From a candidate division WOR-3 bacterium (GTDB lineage Bacteria; Hydrothermota; Hydrothermia; LBFQ01; DSFT01): DNA of 64,000 nucleotides. The notes under the pieces were generated by a model. That model worked only from the letters and a program-made list of their open reading frames with translations, did no database searches and was not told the origin of the DNA. Of this stretch, positions 22,019 through 31,030 are shown piece by piece (positions within the stretch are counted from its first letter, which is position 1; each line of letters begins with the position of its first letter). Made by a program: the position numbers and the translations under genes. The DNA lies in contig JANXBH010000005.1 of the NCBI GenBank assembly GCA_025060695.1, positions 23,276 through 87,275 on the forward strand. The letters run 5' to 3'.

Positions 22019-24845
22019 CAAGACTATCTAATTCCATTAATTTTTCTTCTATTCTTGTCATTGCATAGTTAACAAATTCAGTATCATTAATTTGCGATAT
22101 TTTCAATTTTAGTTTATTCAGTAAATTTTTTGCTTCGCTAAATTTCTTCATTTTTATTAAATTATCTGCAATTTCTAATTCTGCATTGAAAATTTGTAAA
22201 TAAACATAAATATCTCCTAATGTAATAGCTCTTAAGAACATATTTCCAAATTCAAAATATCTATTGGATTTTTCGTAGTTGCCTTGAATTTTGTACATAT
22301 TGGCAACCTGAAATGCTACCATAGCATAGTTTCTATATATCCTTTGATGATTTTCATCCTTGTAAACTGACGTATCAAATATACTCCTATATCTAAATAT
22401 GCTATCGCTCGCAAGTTTATATTTTTTTGCATAGTTTTCAATATAGTAAATTGGGTCAAAATTACCACTTAATAAGTAAGTCGTTCTTTCTAAGTTTACT
22501 TTAGAAAATTCATCTGTTTCGCTTAAGCTTGTATAGTCATTGTTTATTCTCCAAGCAAGTCCCTCAAGAATAAATAGTTTTTTATAGTCCCTATATGCAT
22601 CAGGATCACATGTAATTGAAAAATATATTGGAACTTTAAACTCTTTTCCTATTACTACTTCTTCTATAAATTCATCTCCGTCTTCTAAATAAATCTGTGG
22701 TATTTTTACTATTCCTTTTTCAGTTAAAATACTTACGTATTCATCAGTTTTGTATCCTACGCTTGTTGCAATCATATCCCTAATTGCTAAATCTCTTAAT
22801 AGAATAAGTCCATTGTTAGTAGGTATGAATACAGGTAATTTATCAATGTCTTCATTTGAAAGGCTTATAGGTGCTCCCCATCCCTTAAGCTGCTTAATAT
22901 ACCAGTTTGTATTTAGTAGTGATAAATTTGCATTAAATACATCTCTTCTATATCCTAATACTTCTTGCATGAACCATACTGGAAATGTGTCATTGTCTCC
23001 ATTTGTAAATAGAACAGCTCCGTTAGGAGATTTTATAGGACTAGAAAGTATATTATAAGAAAAATCTTCAGCTATATAGTTTTTATGTCTGTCGTTATAT
23101 TTCCAATTATGATTTATCATATTGTAAACTACCCATACTGTAAATATTGTTATTACTATTGTAGGAATAATTGAAAGCTTCAAAGACTTCTTTAGTATCC
23201 TTGCAACTTCAAGTAGTCCGAAGCCTCCATAGAATATAATAGTCGAATACAGCAGGATATAAAAATATTCCCTGTCTCTAACTTCCATTTTTACTTGTCC
23301 TGTTATTGGATCAGGTGTGATATTTGACGGATTAACAGGTAAGCTTGGTGCATCTGCAGGATTTTGGTATATAAATAGTCCTACAACTGCTCCTACTAAT
23401 CCAAATAAATATAACCAAAATAAGGTTCTATTTTCTGAAAAGATAAGTATAAATCCAAATATCATGAGGATAAGGATAATGTATAAAATTGGTAATGACT
23501 GTTCAGTTGTAATATATGGAATTGAGGTAAATTGCCAAGATGTATAAATTCCCAATACTTGAAATTGTTCAAATATTGGTATTCTTCTTTCAAAGGGATT
23601 TGGAGGACCATATTGTTTTCTTGTTAACATATCCATAAATGCATACCAGTTAGATGGATCACCTTCGTTTATTCTTACTATAGGATTATGAGTTAAGTAG
23701 TGTGCTCTTGATAGTAGCCAAAATTCACATACAATTGCAAGCAAGATAACTATTAGTGCGACACCTTTCCAGTTTTTATAAAGTTGTGTATAAATGAAAA
23801 ATAAAGATATGGCTAATAGTCCTGAGGAACTTGCAATAATAAGACTAATTACAGAGCCATGAGCGAAGTGAAAAAATATGCTAATTATCATAAGTAAGAC
23901 AATTAAAATTGTAAGAGTATTACTAAAATTAAGTTTTCTAAACTTATGCATTGTCCATATCATTGATATATAAGCAATTAAGAGCATGATGTTGTATATA
24001 AAGATATTTCTCGTAATTTTTGACATTTCATTATAAATCAACTCAGGATTATATGTAATAATATTTACTTGGTTTGAAAATTTCTGAAAGTTAATAAGGC
24101 TATTTTCGTAATTGATATATTGCAAAACATTATAAGAATTAAACCAAATAACAAAAATGCCTAATATAGTTGCTAATACTCCCCAAAAGTAGTCATCCCA
24201 TATATACTTTCTTTGAAATATAGCAAGGAATAGGAAAATTCCAATAAATCCAAATAGTGAAATAGCTTGAATGCCTGTAGCTACTGCTAAAATATATGCA
24301 GCTAAGATTAGCCATTTAATAGAACCTGCTTTTTCTCTATTCTTTAACCAAACTAAAACAAAATATACAGCCATTACATTTGAGACAAGAGAGGGTGTAT
24401 AAGTTTCCGCTTCTATAGAGTTAAACCATTGAGAATAGGTAAATGCTTGAGTTAATGCTACAAATATACCAACTATATGTACCCAAATGTTTTCGTAGTC
24501 CTTATTTTTGAATAAACTAACACTATCGACTACTATCAAGTAAAAGAAACCTGCCATTAAACCACCTGTTAATATAGGTATTAATGTAATTCTTAGAACA
24601 ATTTGGTTAGCTTCGTATCCTTGAAGGAATTCCTTTATTTCCTTTAATGGTATTGGAAGCATTGAGAAGAATTTTGCTAATAAAACATATAGTGGTGTCC
24701 CTGGAGGATGTGGAATTCCAAGATTATAACTTGATGCTAAGAACTCACCAACATCCCAAAACACAACAGTCGGTGCTGTAGAAAGAAAGTATATAAATGA
24801 AACAAAGAGCGTAATTATAGAAAATATTATCCACTTAACTTTCAT
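22005..24845 (-). CDS. DUF2723/TMEM260-like polytopic membrane protein (GT-C glycosyltransferase fold) with C-terminal TPR-like region
   Basis: N-terminal signature [25 protein letters not shown], more than 10 predicted TM segments, and a soluble C-terminal half ending in TPR-like helices. Confidence 0.65.
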   Translation of the reverse strand: MKVKWIIFSIITLFVSFIYFLSTAPTVVFWDVGEFLASSYNLGIPHPPGTPLYVLLAKFFSMLPIPLKEIKEFLQGYEANQIVLRITLIPILTGGLMAGFFYLIVVDSVSLFKNKDYENIWVHIVGIFVALTQAFTYSQWFNSIEAETYTPSLVSNVMAVYFVLVWLKNREKAGSIKWLILAAYILAVATGIQAISLFGFIGIFLFLAIFQRKYIWDDYFWGVLATILGIFVIWFNSYNVLQYINYENSLINFQKFSNQVNIITYNPELIYNEMSKITRNIFIYNIMLLIAYISMIWTMHKFRKLNFSNTLTILIVLLMIISIFFHFAHGSVISLIIASSSGLLAISLFFIYTQLYKNWKGVALIVILLAIVCEFWLLSRAHYLTHNPIVRINEGDPSNWYAFMDMLTRKQYGPPNPFERRIPIFEQFQVLGIYTSWQFTSIPYITTEQSLPILYIILILMIFGFILIFSENRTLFWLYLFGLVGAVVGLFIYQNPADAPSLPVNPSNITPDPITGQVKMEVRDREYFYILLYSTIIFYGGFGLLEVARILKKSLKLSIIPTIVITIFTVWVVYNMINHNWKYNDRHKNYIAEDFSYNILSSPIKSPNGAVLFTNGDNDTFPVWFMQEVLGYRRDVFNANLSLLNTNWYIKQLKGWGAPISLSNEDIDKLPVFIPTNNGLILLRDLAIRDMIATSVGYKTDEYVSILTEKGIVKIPQIYLEDGDEFIEEVVIGKEFKVPIYFSITCDPDAYRDYKKLFILEGLAWRINNDYTSLSETDEFSKVNLERTTYLLSGNFDPIYYIENYAKKYKLASDSIFRYRSIFDTSVYKDENHQRIYRNYAMVAFQVANMYKIQGNYEKSNRYFEFGNMFLRAITLGDIYVYLQIFNAELEIADNLIKMKKFSEAKNLLNKLKLKISQINDTEFVNYAMTRIEEKLMELDSLANLP

Positions 24846-25468
24846 TTTCTCTTTCTTATAACTTCATCTATCATTCCATATTCTCTTGCTTCAAGGGCTG
24901 ACATGTAGTAATTCCTTTCAGTATCTTTTTGAATTTTTTCATATGACTGTCCTGTATGCTCTGATAAAATTTTTATTAATAAGTCTTTTAGTCTTAATAT
25001 TTCCTTTGCTTCAATTTCTATGTCGGTTGCTTGACCTTGAACTCCTCCCCAAGGTTGGTGTATCATTATTCTTGCATTTGGAAGAGAAAATCTTTTACCT
25101 TTCGTTCCTGATGCAAGTAAAACTGCAGCCATCGAAGCTGCTATGCCTATACATATTGTCACTACGTTAGGTTTTATATACTGTATCGTATCATATATTG
25201 CAAGGCCAGCGGTAACATATCCTCCGGGTGAATGAATATATAAATTTATATCTTTCTCAGGGTCTTCTGCTTCTAAGAATAGTAATTGAGCGACTATAAT
25301 ATTTCCCACGTTGTCATCAATAGCTGTCCCTAAAAATACTATTCTATCCTTTAATAACCTTGAATATATATCATATGCCCTTTCTCCTCTTGATGTTTGC
25401 TCAATTACATATGGAATATAGTATTGGTCATATTGTTTTTTATATCTCTCTACTTTCCACTTTTTCAT
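24842..25468 (-). CDS. clpP: ATP-dependent Clp protease proteolytic subunit
   Basis: [50 protein letters not shown] (catalytic Ser), MIHQP (catalytic His). Confidence 0.95.
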   Translation of the reverse strand: MKKWKVERYKKQYDQYYIPYVIEQTSRGERAYDIYSRLLKDRIVFLGTAIDDNVGNIIVAQLLFLEAEDPEKDINLYIHSPGGYVTAGLAIYDTIQYIKPNVVTICIGIAASMAAVLLASGTKGKRFSLPNARIMIHQPWGGVQGQATDIEIEAKEILRLKDLLIKILSEHTGQSYEKIQKDTERNYYMSALEAREYGMIDEVIRKRK

Positions 25469-25482
25469 AGTTTACCTCCACT

Positions 25483-26547
25483 TCAGCTCCTTGTAGCAAC
25501 TAAGTATTTTAAACTATCATTCTCTGATTTTATTAAAATCCTTGATAATTCAGGATAAATGTAAATATATATCTCATTCTCTTCAATAGCATCAAATATG
25601 TGCCTAAGCTTATCATATTGCAAATATATCTCTAAGTCGTCGCCTTCATACTTACCAAGTAAATTTGCCCTAAATTCTTCTCCACTATATGAAGAACCAG
25701 CAATTTCAATAATATCTCCAACTTTCAAGCTAAATATATCAATATCTATAGAGGACATAGCTTTGAGCTTATGCTTTATTTCATCTTTATTAATGATTAA
25801 TTTATTAGGTATATCCTCTTCAAATAAAGAAGCATAATCTGGGTAGGTCCCTGAAATCAATCTAAGACTTAGAAAACCATTTGAAAATTTTAAAATCATT
25901 TTTTCATCTTTGTAAAAACCGATTTTTATTTCATTGTCTTCAATATCTGATAACAAGTTATAAATAATTCTTGGCATTATTACCTGGAAGTCTCCAAAAT
26001 TATCTTCTAATAACTCAGTATATAGCCCAAGAACATTCCTATCAGATGCTACAAAATTAGCAATATTGCCTTTATTATCCCATAGTATACCTGAAAAGAT
26101 AGATTCATCGTCCTTATCTACACAAAATTCTATTTTTGAAAGAATTTCTTTTAGTTTTTTACTAGAAAATGTGAAACTTTCTATTTTTTCATTACTTTCT
26201 GAAATCTTCGTAAAAACCGTCGTATCTAAAATAGGTATTTTATAGTAAATATCTTCAAAGAATATTTTTAGTATATTTTCTAGTTCAAAGTGCAATACTG
26301 AAAAGTCAGGAGTATTTTTTAATATATGCATTAAAGTTGAACCATTTATTAAAACTTCACCATCTTTACCATTTAGAACCTTTGAAAAACCAATATGTTG
26401 AACGTCTGGACTATGCGAGTGGACATAAAGAACATTATCTTTAACTTCTAATAGAATGTTGTTTTCAATACTTTTCCTCTTTCCTAAGATTCTATTTGTT
26501 ATACGCAAAACTTTTTCAATTTCTTTCTTTTCTATTGAAAATTTCAT
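25483..26547 (-). CDS. dnaN: DNA polymerase III subunit beta (sliding clamp)
   Basis: 354 aa. The N-terminus MKFSIEKKEIEKVLRITNRILGKRKSIENNILLEVKDNVLYVHSHSPDV follows the DnaN pattern, and the length fits three domains. Confidence 0.75.
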   Translation of the reverse strand: MKFSIEKKEIEKVLRITNRILGKRKSIENNILLEVKDNVLYVHSHSPDVQHIGFSKVLNGKDGEVLINGSTLMHILKNTPDFSVLHFELENILKIFFEDIYYKIPILDTTVFTKISESNEKIESFTFSSKKLKEILSKIEFCVDKDDESIFSGILWDNKGNIANFVASDRNVLGLYTELLEDNFGDFQVIMPRIIYNLLSDIEDNEIKIGFYKDEKMILKFSNGFLSLRLISGTYPDYASLFEEDIPNKLIINKDEIKHKLKAMSSIDIDIFSLKVGDIIEIAGSSYSGEEFRANLLGKYEGDDLEIYLQYDKLRHIFDAIEENEIYIYIYPELSRILIKSENDSLKYLVATRS

Positions 26548-26819
26548 AGTTTTGAAAGTTTAAAGCTATATAACTATGTTTATTCAGAAAGTCTTTTTTA
26601 TAAGAAAATGGCTATTGCAATAGCAAGAAAAAATACTTGTGTGCCTGAAATAGTTATCAAGAAATTTAGAAGATGGATTAAGCTTGAAATTAGCAATCTA
26701 AATTCCATACCCTTGAAAGTTTTTATTTTTGTGCTTTAAAATCTAAAAGCTATGTTAAATATCCTTATAAATTTTGAGGTTATCTTTCCTACAAGTCCCT
26801 TTTTAGGGAAATAGTAGAG

Positions 26820-28208
26820 TTGAAAGGAGAAAATGCGGTAAATAGCAAAGAAGATATAAGAGTATCTAATCTTACATTCAATAGAGTGCTTATATGTTCT
26901 CCTGGACATAGCGGTTATGTATGGGTGATTACTGACAGATACGGAGTAGTAACGGATATTGACGGTAATGGACTAAATGATATTCCATTTACTGAGGGTA
27001 ATCCCAATTTGGCATACTGGATGGGTTATGTAAGGGTAGCATTTCAGACATCAGAAGGAAACTTTCAGTGCGTTCCAGTTAGTAATTTACACTATGTTCC
27101 ATATGCTGTATCTGTAGGGGATTTCAACGCAGATAATAGACCAGATTTAGTTTTTACAAGTGCGGCTGAGCTAAAAGCATTTACTTTAAGAAACAATGGA
27201 GGATGGAGCTTTATTGAACAGCAAATATCTGCAGGAACACTTTATCCAAACCACATAGCTGTAAGGAATGTAAATGCTGGTCCAGGTTCTGAAATAATCT
27301 TTACTGATGAAGGTTATCGTTTATTTGTTCATAATTTCTTAACTAATTCTACAAGTATTATAAATAATGAATGTATGGAAGGTTTAAGTTTAGCTGATCT
27401 TAATAATGATGGTAGACAAGATGTTGTTTGCGGTACGACTAATGCTTATTTTGAAGAGGGCTATGTTAGATATCAACTCAATCAAGGTAATAACTGGTCT
27501 CAGACTTATAATGTGAGTAACTTATCTGGTTCATGGCACGGTGTTACAACGGGTGATTTCAATAAAGATAGTAGAGTAGATATTGCTGCCTGTAATGCTT
27601 TTGATGATAGGATATATATATTTTACAACAATGGAGGTAATCCACCGACATTTACCCAAGTAGCAAGTGTTTTGGTAAATGATTTAGACTCATGTGAGCT
27701 TACGGTTGCGGATATAGATTGTGATGGAGATTATGATATAATTTGGTCAAGAGGTTGGGGTGGAACTGGAGCAAGTATTGGATATTTACAAAATCCAACT
27801 TGGACTAATCATGTTATTGAAGGTGGTACATTTATTGCTTATGGAGTAGCTGTTAGTTATGTAAACAAAGATAAGAAACCGGACGTGATAGCTGGTTTAA
27901 ATAATGGACTTTATGTATATTATAATACATCAAACATTGATACTACTTTATGTGCTCCTATTACACCTGTTGATATTATTGAAAATAGAGGAGTAAATTA
28001 TAGCATAGTAAAAGATAAAAATAAAGTAAAGTTTTTATTTAATGTGTCATTAAGCGGAAGTATAGATGTATATAGTTTAGATGGAACTAAGGTGGTTAGC
28101 AAAAAATTTAGTGGTAAAGAAGTTAGTTTAAGCTTGAAAAAAGGTCTATATATTATTTCAATCAATTCTAACTTATTAACTAAGAAAGAAAGATTAGCAA
28201 TGTACTAA
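26820..28208 (+). CDS. FG-GAP/VCBS repeat protein with T9SS-type C-terminal sorting domain
   Basis: Repeats VGDFNADNRPDLVF, LADLNNDGRQDVVCG, TGDFNKDSRVDIAA, VADIDCDGDYDIIW. C-terminus IDVYSLDGTKVVSKKFSGKEVSLSLKKGLYIISI. TTG start. Confidence 0.7.
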   Translation: MKGENAVNSKEDIRVSNLTFNRVLICSPGHSGYVWVITDRYGVVTDIDGNGLNDIPFTEGNPNLAYWMGYVRVAFQTSEGNFQCVPVSNLHYVPYAVSVGDFNADNRPDLVFTSAAELKAFTLRNNGGWSFIEQQISAGTLYPNHIAVRNVNAGPGSEIIFTDEGYRLFVHNFLTNSTSIINNECMEGLSLADLNNDGRQDVVCGTTNAYFEEGYVRYQLNQGNNWSQTYNVSNLSGSWHGVTTGDFNKDSRVDIAACNAFDDRIYIFYNNGGNPPTFTQVASVLVNDLDSCELTVADIDCDGDYDIIWSRGWGGTGASIGYLQNPTWTNHVIEGGTFIAYGVAVSYVNKDKKPDVIAGLNNGLYVYYNTSNIDTTLCAPITPVDIIENRGVNYSIVKDKNKVKFLFNVSLSGSIDVYSLDGTKVVSKKFSGKEVSLSLKKGLYIISINSNLLTKKERLAMY

Positions 28209-28226
28209 GTCTCCCTTTGGGGGACT
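28208..28226. terminator. bidirectional hairpin between convergent genes
   Basis: AGTCTCCC-TTT-GGGGGACT, an 8-bp stem including one G-U pair, fills the 18-nt gap between the stops at 28208 and 28227. Confidence 0.45.
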
Positions 28227-28931
28227 TTAAAATCCTATTCCTATACTATTTGAATTTCCTAAAAATGGATGAGTTTTAAATTGATAACCAACTCTCGTTA
28301 AATTTGTATAAACGATAATACCTGCGTTAAATGTGGTATTTGCGGTATTATAACCTAAAATGAGATTTATATTTCTGTGAAGTTTAATTAAAGATGAAAT
28401 CATATACGATAGTGGATAACTCTCCTCAAGTAGAGCGTCTATAAAAATATCGTAATTTTTTGCGGAGTATCTAAATGAAAGTATACCAGCATTTCTTCCT
28501 TCATTTCCTGCATATAAAGCACTTGCGGAAAACCAAAACGGTTCTATATATCTGTAAAATCCAATAATACCTCTTAAATAGAGTTTAGTTTCTTCTTTTC
28601 CTGATTCATTTATTATCTCTTGTGGTTCTAAATTTAGACCTATACCTAAGTTTCTATAACCTATACCTATTGCAAGAAGGTGTTCTGAAAATTCTTCTGC
28701 TCTTATAGAATACCAGCCAAGCCCTAAATTATAAAACTGCATTCCAAAGAAATATCTATTTATTATATTTGAAAAATCGGAACTATATGAAAATTCAAAA
28801 GATAACTTTTTTCCGAGAAGCTGAGGGCTATATAAAACGGCTTCAGGTCTAAAAAAAGTAGATAGGATGTTTGAGGAAACTGAAAAAGGTGATGGTAAAA
28901 ATGGTGATATGAAACTTAATATTACTAACAT
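28227..28931 (-). CDS. hypothetical outer-membrane beta-barrel-like protein
   Basis: Alternating hydrophobic pattern, Gly/Tyr-rich, C-terminal ..SIGIGF ending in Phe as in many outer-membrane proteins. Confidence 0.35.
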   Translation of the reverse strand: MLVILSFISPFLPSPFSVSSNILSTFFRPEAVLYSPQLLGKKLSFEFSYSSDFSNIINRYFFGMQFYNLGLGWYSIRAEEFSEHLLAIGIGYRNLGIGLNLEPQEIINESGKEETKLYLRGIIGFYRYIEPFWFSASALYAGNEGRNAGILSFRYSAKNYDIFIDALLEESYPLSYMISSLIKLHRNINLILGYNTANTTFNAGIIVYTNLTRVGYQFKTHPFLGNSNSIGIGF

Positions 28932-28933
28932 AA

Positions 28934-29284
28934 CTATCTCCTCAGTTCTTTCTTTTCTTTTTGATATTCTATTAAGTTCTTTTTACTGAAACTAATATCC
29001 AATAAATTTCCTGCTATGAGTAGAAATATGAAAAATATCGGCATAAGTGCAAAACCTAATGTTAGTTTATCTTCGTATCTTAGGTACATAAAAAATAGTA
29101 AAAGTAGTAATACCTGAATAGAAGAAAGTAGTAATATCAAAAATGAGCCAAAACCTCCCCAATTCAAATAAAAAATCATTGTGTTTATAACTGAAATAAA
29201 AGATATAGCTAAAAATACAATAACATATGGAAGATAATTTAAAGGTGGTTCTCTAAAGTGTTCTTTGTTGTTAGCCATAGCCAA
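28934..29284 (-). CDS. small 3-TM protein resembling prokaryotic cytochrome oxidase subunit IV (COX4_pro-like)
   Basis: Three TM segments. LLLLLFFMYLRYE resembles the LQLLMFMHM block of Bacillus CtaF-type subunits. The likely true start is the ATG at 29278 (MANNKEH..), 7 nt after TAAAAT. Confidence 0.35.
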   Translation of the reverse strand: MAMANNKEHFREPPLNYLPYVIVFLAISFISVINTMIFYLNWGGFGSFLILLLSSIQVLLLLLFFMYLRYEDKLTLGFALMPIFFIFLLIAGNLLDISFSKKNLIEYQKEKKELRR

Positions 29285-29285
29285 A

Positions 29286-29291
29286 ATTTTA
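29286..29291 (-). promoter_or_regulatory. -10-like TAAAAT in AGCTTTAAAATTTTGGCTATGG, 7 nt upstream of ATG 29278
   Basis: The 22-nt string is identical to the one upstream of nuoA. Confidence 0.45.
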
Positions 29292-29297
29292 AAGCTA

Positions 29298-29303
29298 TAA
29301 AAT
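29298..29303 (+). promoter_or_regulatory. -10-like TAAAAT, 9 nt upstream of the ATG at 29313
   Basis: GCTATAAAATTTTAGCAGTATG, with no SD. Confidence 0.4.
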
Positions 29304-29312
29304 TTTAGCAGT

Positions 29313-30035
29313 ATGAAAAGTGCGATTATTACAGGAGCAAGTAGTGGTATTGGTAAAGCTATTGCTTATGAGCTTGCAAAGGAGAAATATGAACTACTTT
29401 TGATTGCAAGAAGAGAAAATTTGCTAAATGAAATATGTGAAGATATAAGAAATAAATTTAAAACCAAGGTAAATTATCTAATAATTGATTTAAGTAATAG
29501 GAATTCAAATTTCTCTTTTATAAAAGACTATTTTCTTGAAAATTACGATAATTTGAATATTTTGGTTAATAACGCAGGTATTGGATATTACGGTGAAATA
29601 GAAAATCTTAGAATGGAAGATATTGAAAGATTATTCTGGACTAATCTATTTTCGCATATACTCATAACTAAAGATTTGGTTGATATAATGAAAAAACAAG
29701 GTTTTGGTACAATAGTAAATATAATTAGTTTAATAGCATTTTTCCCAATAAAAAAGTGGTCTTTATATGCATCTACTAAGTCCGCTCAAATGGGTTTTTT
29801 TAAGAGTTTAAGAAGAGAACTTTATAGAAATAGAATTAGAGTAATTAATGTTTATCCTTCTGCAACTGAAACCGAGTTTTTTAATAACTTAAATCTCCCA
29901 TATCGTTTTCCACAATTGGACAAACCTGAAAAAGTAGCTAAAAAAGTTGTCAAATTTATTAAGAAAAATAAAAATGCGGAAGTATTTATTTCTCCTTTAC
30001 ACTGGCTTGCTCATAAGTTATCTGTTTGGTTTTAA
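29313..30035 (+). CDS. SDR-family oxidoreductase
   Basis: TGASSGIGKAIA cofactor motif, NNAG, and the YASTKSA catalytic Y-x3-K. Confidence 0.85.
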   Translation: MKSAIITGASSGIGKAIAYELAKEKYELLLIARRENLLNEICEDIRNKFKTKVNYLIIDLSNRNSNFSFIKDYFLENYDNLNILVNNAGIGYYGEIENLRMEDIERLFWTNLFSHILITKDLVDIMKKQGFGTIVNIISLIAFFPIKKWSLYASTKSAQMGFFKSLRRELYRNRIRVINVYPSATETEFFNNLNLPYRFPQLDKPEKVAKKVVKFIKKNKNAEVFISPLHWLAHKLSVWF

Positions 30036-30540
30036 TTTTATCCATCCAATCTTTCATAATAATTGCTCTTTTTTCAGGAGATATATAGTCTATAATTAAG
30101 ATACCATTTAAATGGTCTATTTCATGTTGTATAGCTCTTGCTAATAGTCCTTTTGCCTGTATTTCAAAGTCTTCAAATGTTCTTGTTTTTAAATTTAGTT
30201 TTTTTGCCCTTACAATAATAAAACTTGCCCTCTGTATTTTTACGTATAGTTCAGGAAATGACAAGCAACCTTCTTCGTCAATTTCTATACCCTCTTTGTA
30301 AACTATTGTAGGATTTGCCAATACTAAAAATCCCTTTCCTTCTTTTACTGCATCTAAATCTATTGCACATAGTCTATAAATTTTGCCTATTTGATTTGCT
30401 GATATTCCTAAACCGTCGTAGTATCTCATAGTATCTATTAAATCAAGGGCTAATTGTAGTATTTCGGAGTTTAGTTGCTCTACTTCTTGCGTCTTTGTTC
30501 TTAAAAATTTATTTGGATAAATTAGAATTTCCTTAACCAC
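29986..30540 (-). CDS. def: peptide deformylase
   Basis: All three motifs are present: GISANQIG, EGCLSFP, HEIDHLNG. Confidence 0.95.
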   Translation of the reverse strand: MVKEILIYPNKFLRTKTQEVEQLNSEILQLALDLIDTMRYYDGLGISANQIGKIYRLCAIDLDAVKEGKGFLVLANPTIVYKEGIEIDEEGCLSFPELYVKIQRASFIIVRAKKLNLKTRTFEDFEIQAKGLLARAIQHEIDHLNGILIIDYISPEKRAIIMKDWMDKIKTKQITYEQASVKEK

Positions 30541-30806
30541 TACTTTACTACCTCATTTATTGCCCATTTTTTAATTTTTAAAACTGTCTTTTCACTTTCA
30601 ATTAGCACGTAGTCATCACCTATAGTTTGAATCTCTCCTATTATTCCTGATATCGTAATCACTTTATCCCCTTTCTTCAAGTTCTTTATCATTTGTTCTT
30701 TCCTTTTCTTTTCCCTTTGTTGTGGTAATATAAGAATTAAGTATAGCACAACAAAAAGAAGTAAGTAAAATATTAAAAGCGAAATCCAATTACCTTGTTC
30801 TTGCAT
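30540..30806 (-). CDS. yajC: preprotein translocase subunit YajC
   Basis: Single N-terminal TM segment, then QQREKKRKEQMIKNLKKGDKVITISGIIGEI, the typical YajC core. Confidence 0.85.
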   Translation of the reverse strand: MQEQGNWISLLIFYLLLFVVLYLILILPQQREKKRKEQMIKNLKKGDKVITISGIIGEIQTIGDDYVLIESEKTVLKIKKWAINEVVK

Positions 30807-30815
30807 ATTTAGAAA

Positions 30816-30821
30816 ATTTTA
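30816..30821 (-). promoter_or_regulatory. -10-like TAAAAT, 9 nt upstream of the yajC ATG
   Basis: ACCTTTAAAATTTTCTAAATATG, with no SD. Confidence 0.4.
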
Positions 30822-30835
30822 AAGGTTATTAGCTT

Positions 30836-30841
30836 TAAAAT
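30836..30841 (+). promoter_or_regulatory. -10-like TAAAAT, 9 nt upstream of the ATG at 30851
   Basis: AGCTTTAAAATTGTTAAACTATG, with no SD. Confidence 0.4.
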
Positions 30842-30850
30842 TGTTAAACT

Positions 30851-31024
30851 ATGGAAGAAAAAATTCTTAATGAGCTTTTAGAAATCTTGGCATGTCCAAT
30901 ATGCAAGGGTGATATAGAGTATAAACAGGATGAAAACAAACTTATATGTAATAAGTGTAGATTAAAATTTCCCATAAAGGAAGGTATTCCCATACTATTG
31001 GAGGAAGAAGCGGAAAAGTTTTAG
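30851..31024 (+). CDS. Trm112/UPF0434 (YcaR)-family zinc-ribbon protein, 57 aa
   Basis: Not in the ORF track. My translation is [57 protein letters not shown]. The pattern LACPxCKG .. C..C .. FPI..GIPILL is the family signature. Confidence 0.7.
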   Translation: MEEKILNELLEILACPICKGDIEYKQDENKLICNKCRLKFPIKEGIPILLEEEAEKF

Positions 31025-31030
31025 AAGTCT

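Noticed and set aside
26608-26739. 43-codon ORF MAIAIARKNTCVPEIVIKKFRRWIKLEISNLNSIPLKVFIFVL in the dnaN upstream spacer.
   Set aside because: It has no SD and no correctly spaced TAAAAT motif, and its 5' end is the 14-bp palindrome, which is more likely an operator. It cannot be supported as a gene from sequence alone.
26548-26819. Possible oriC upstream of dnaN.
   Set aside because: No dnaA gene is adjacent. Only degenerate DnaA-box-like 9-mers with 2-3 mismatches are present, and there is no obvious AT-rich 13-mer array beyond background. The evidence is insufficient without GC-skew data.
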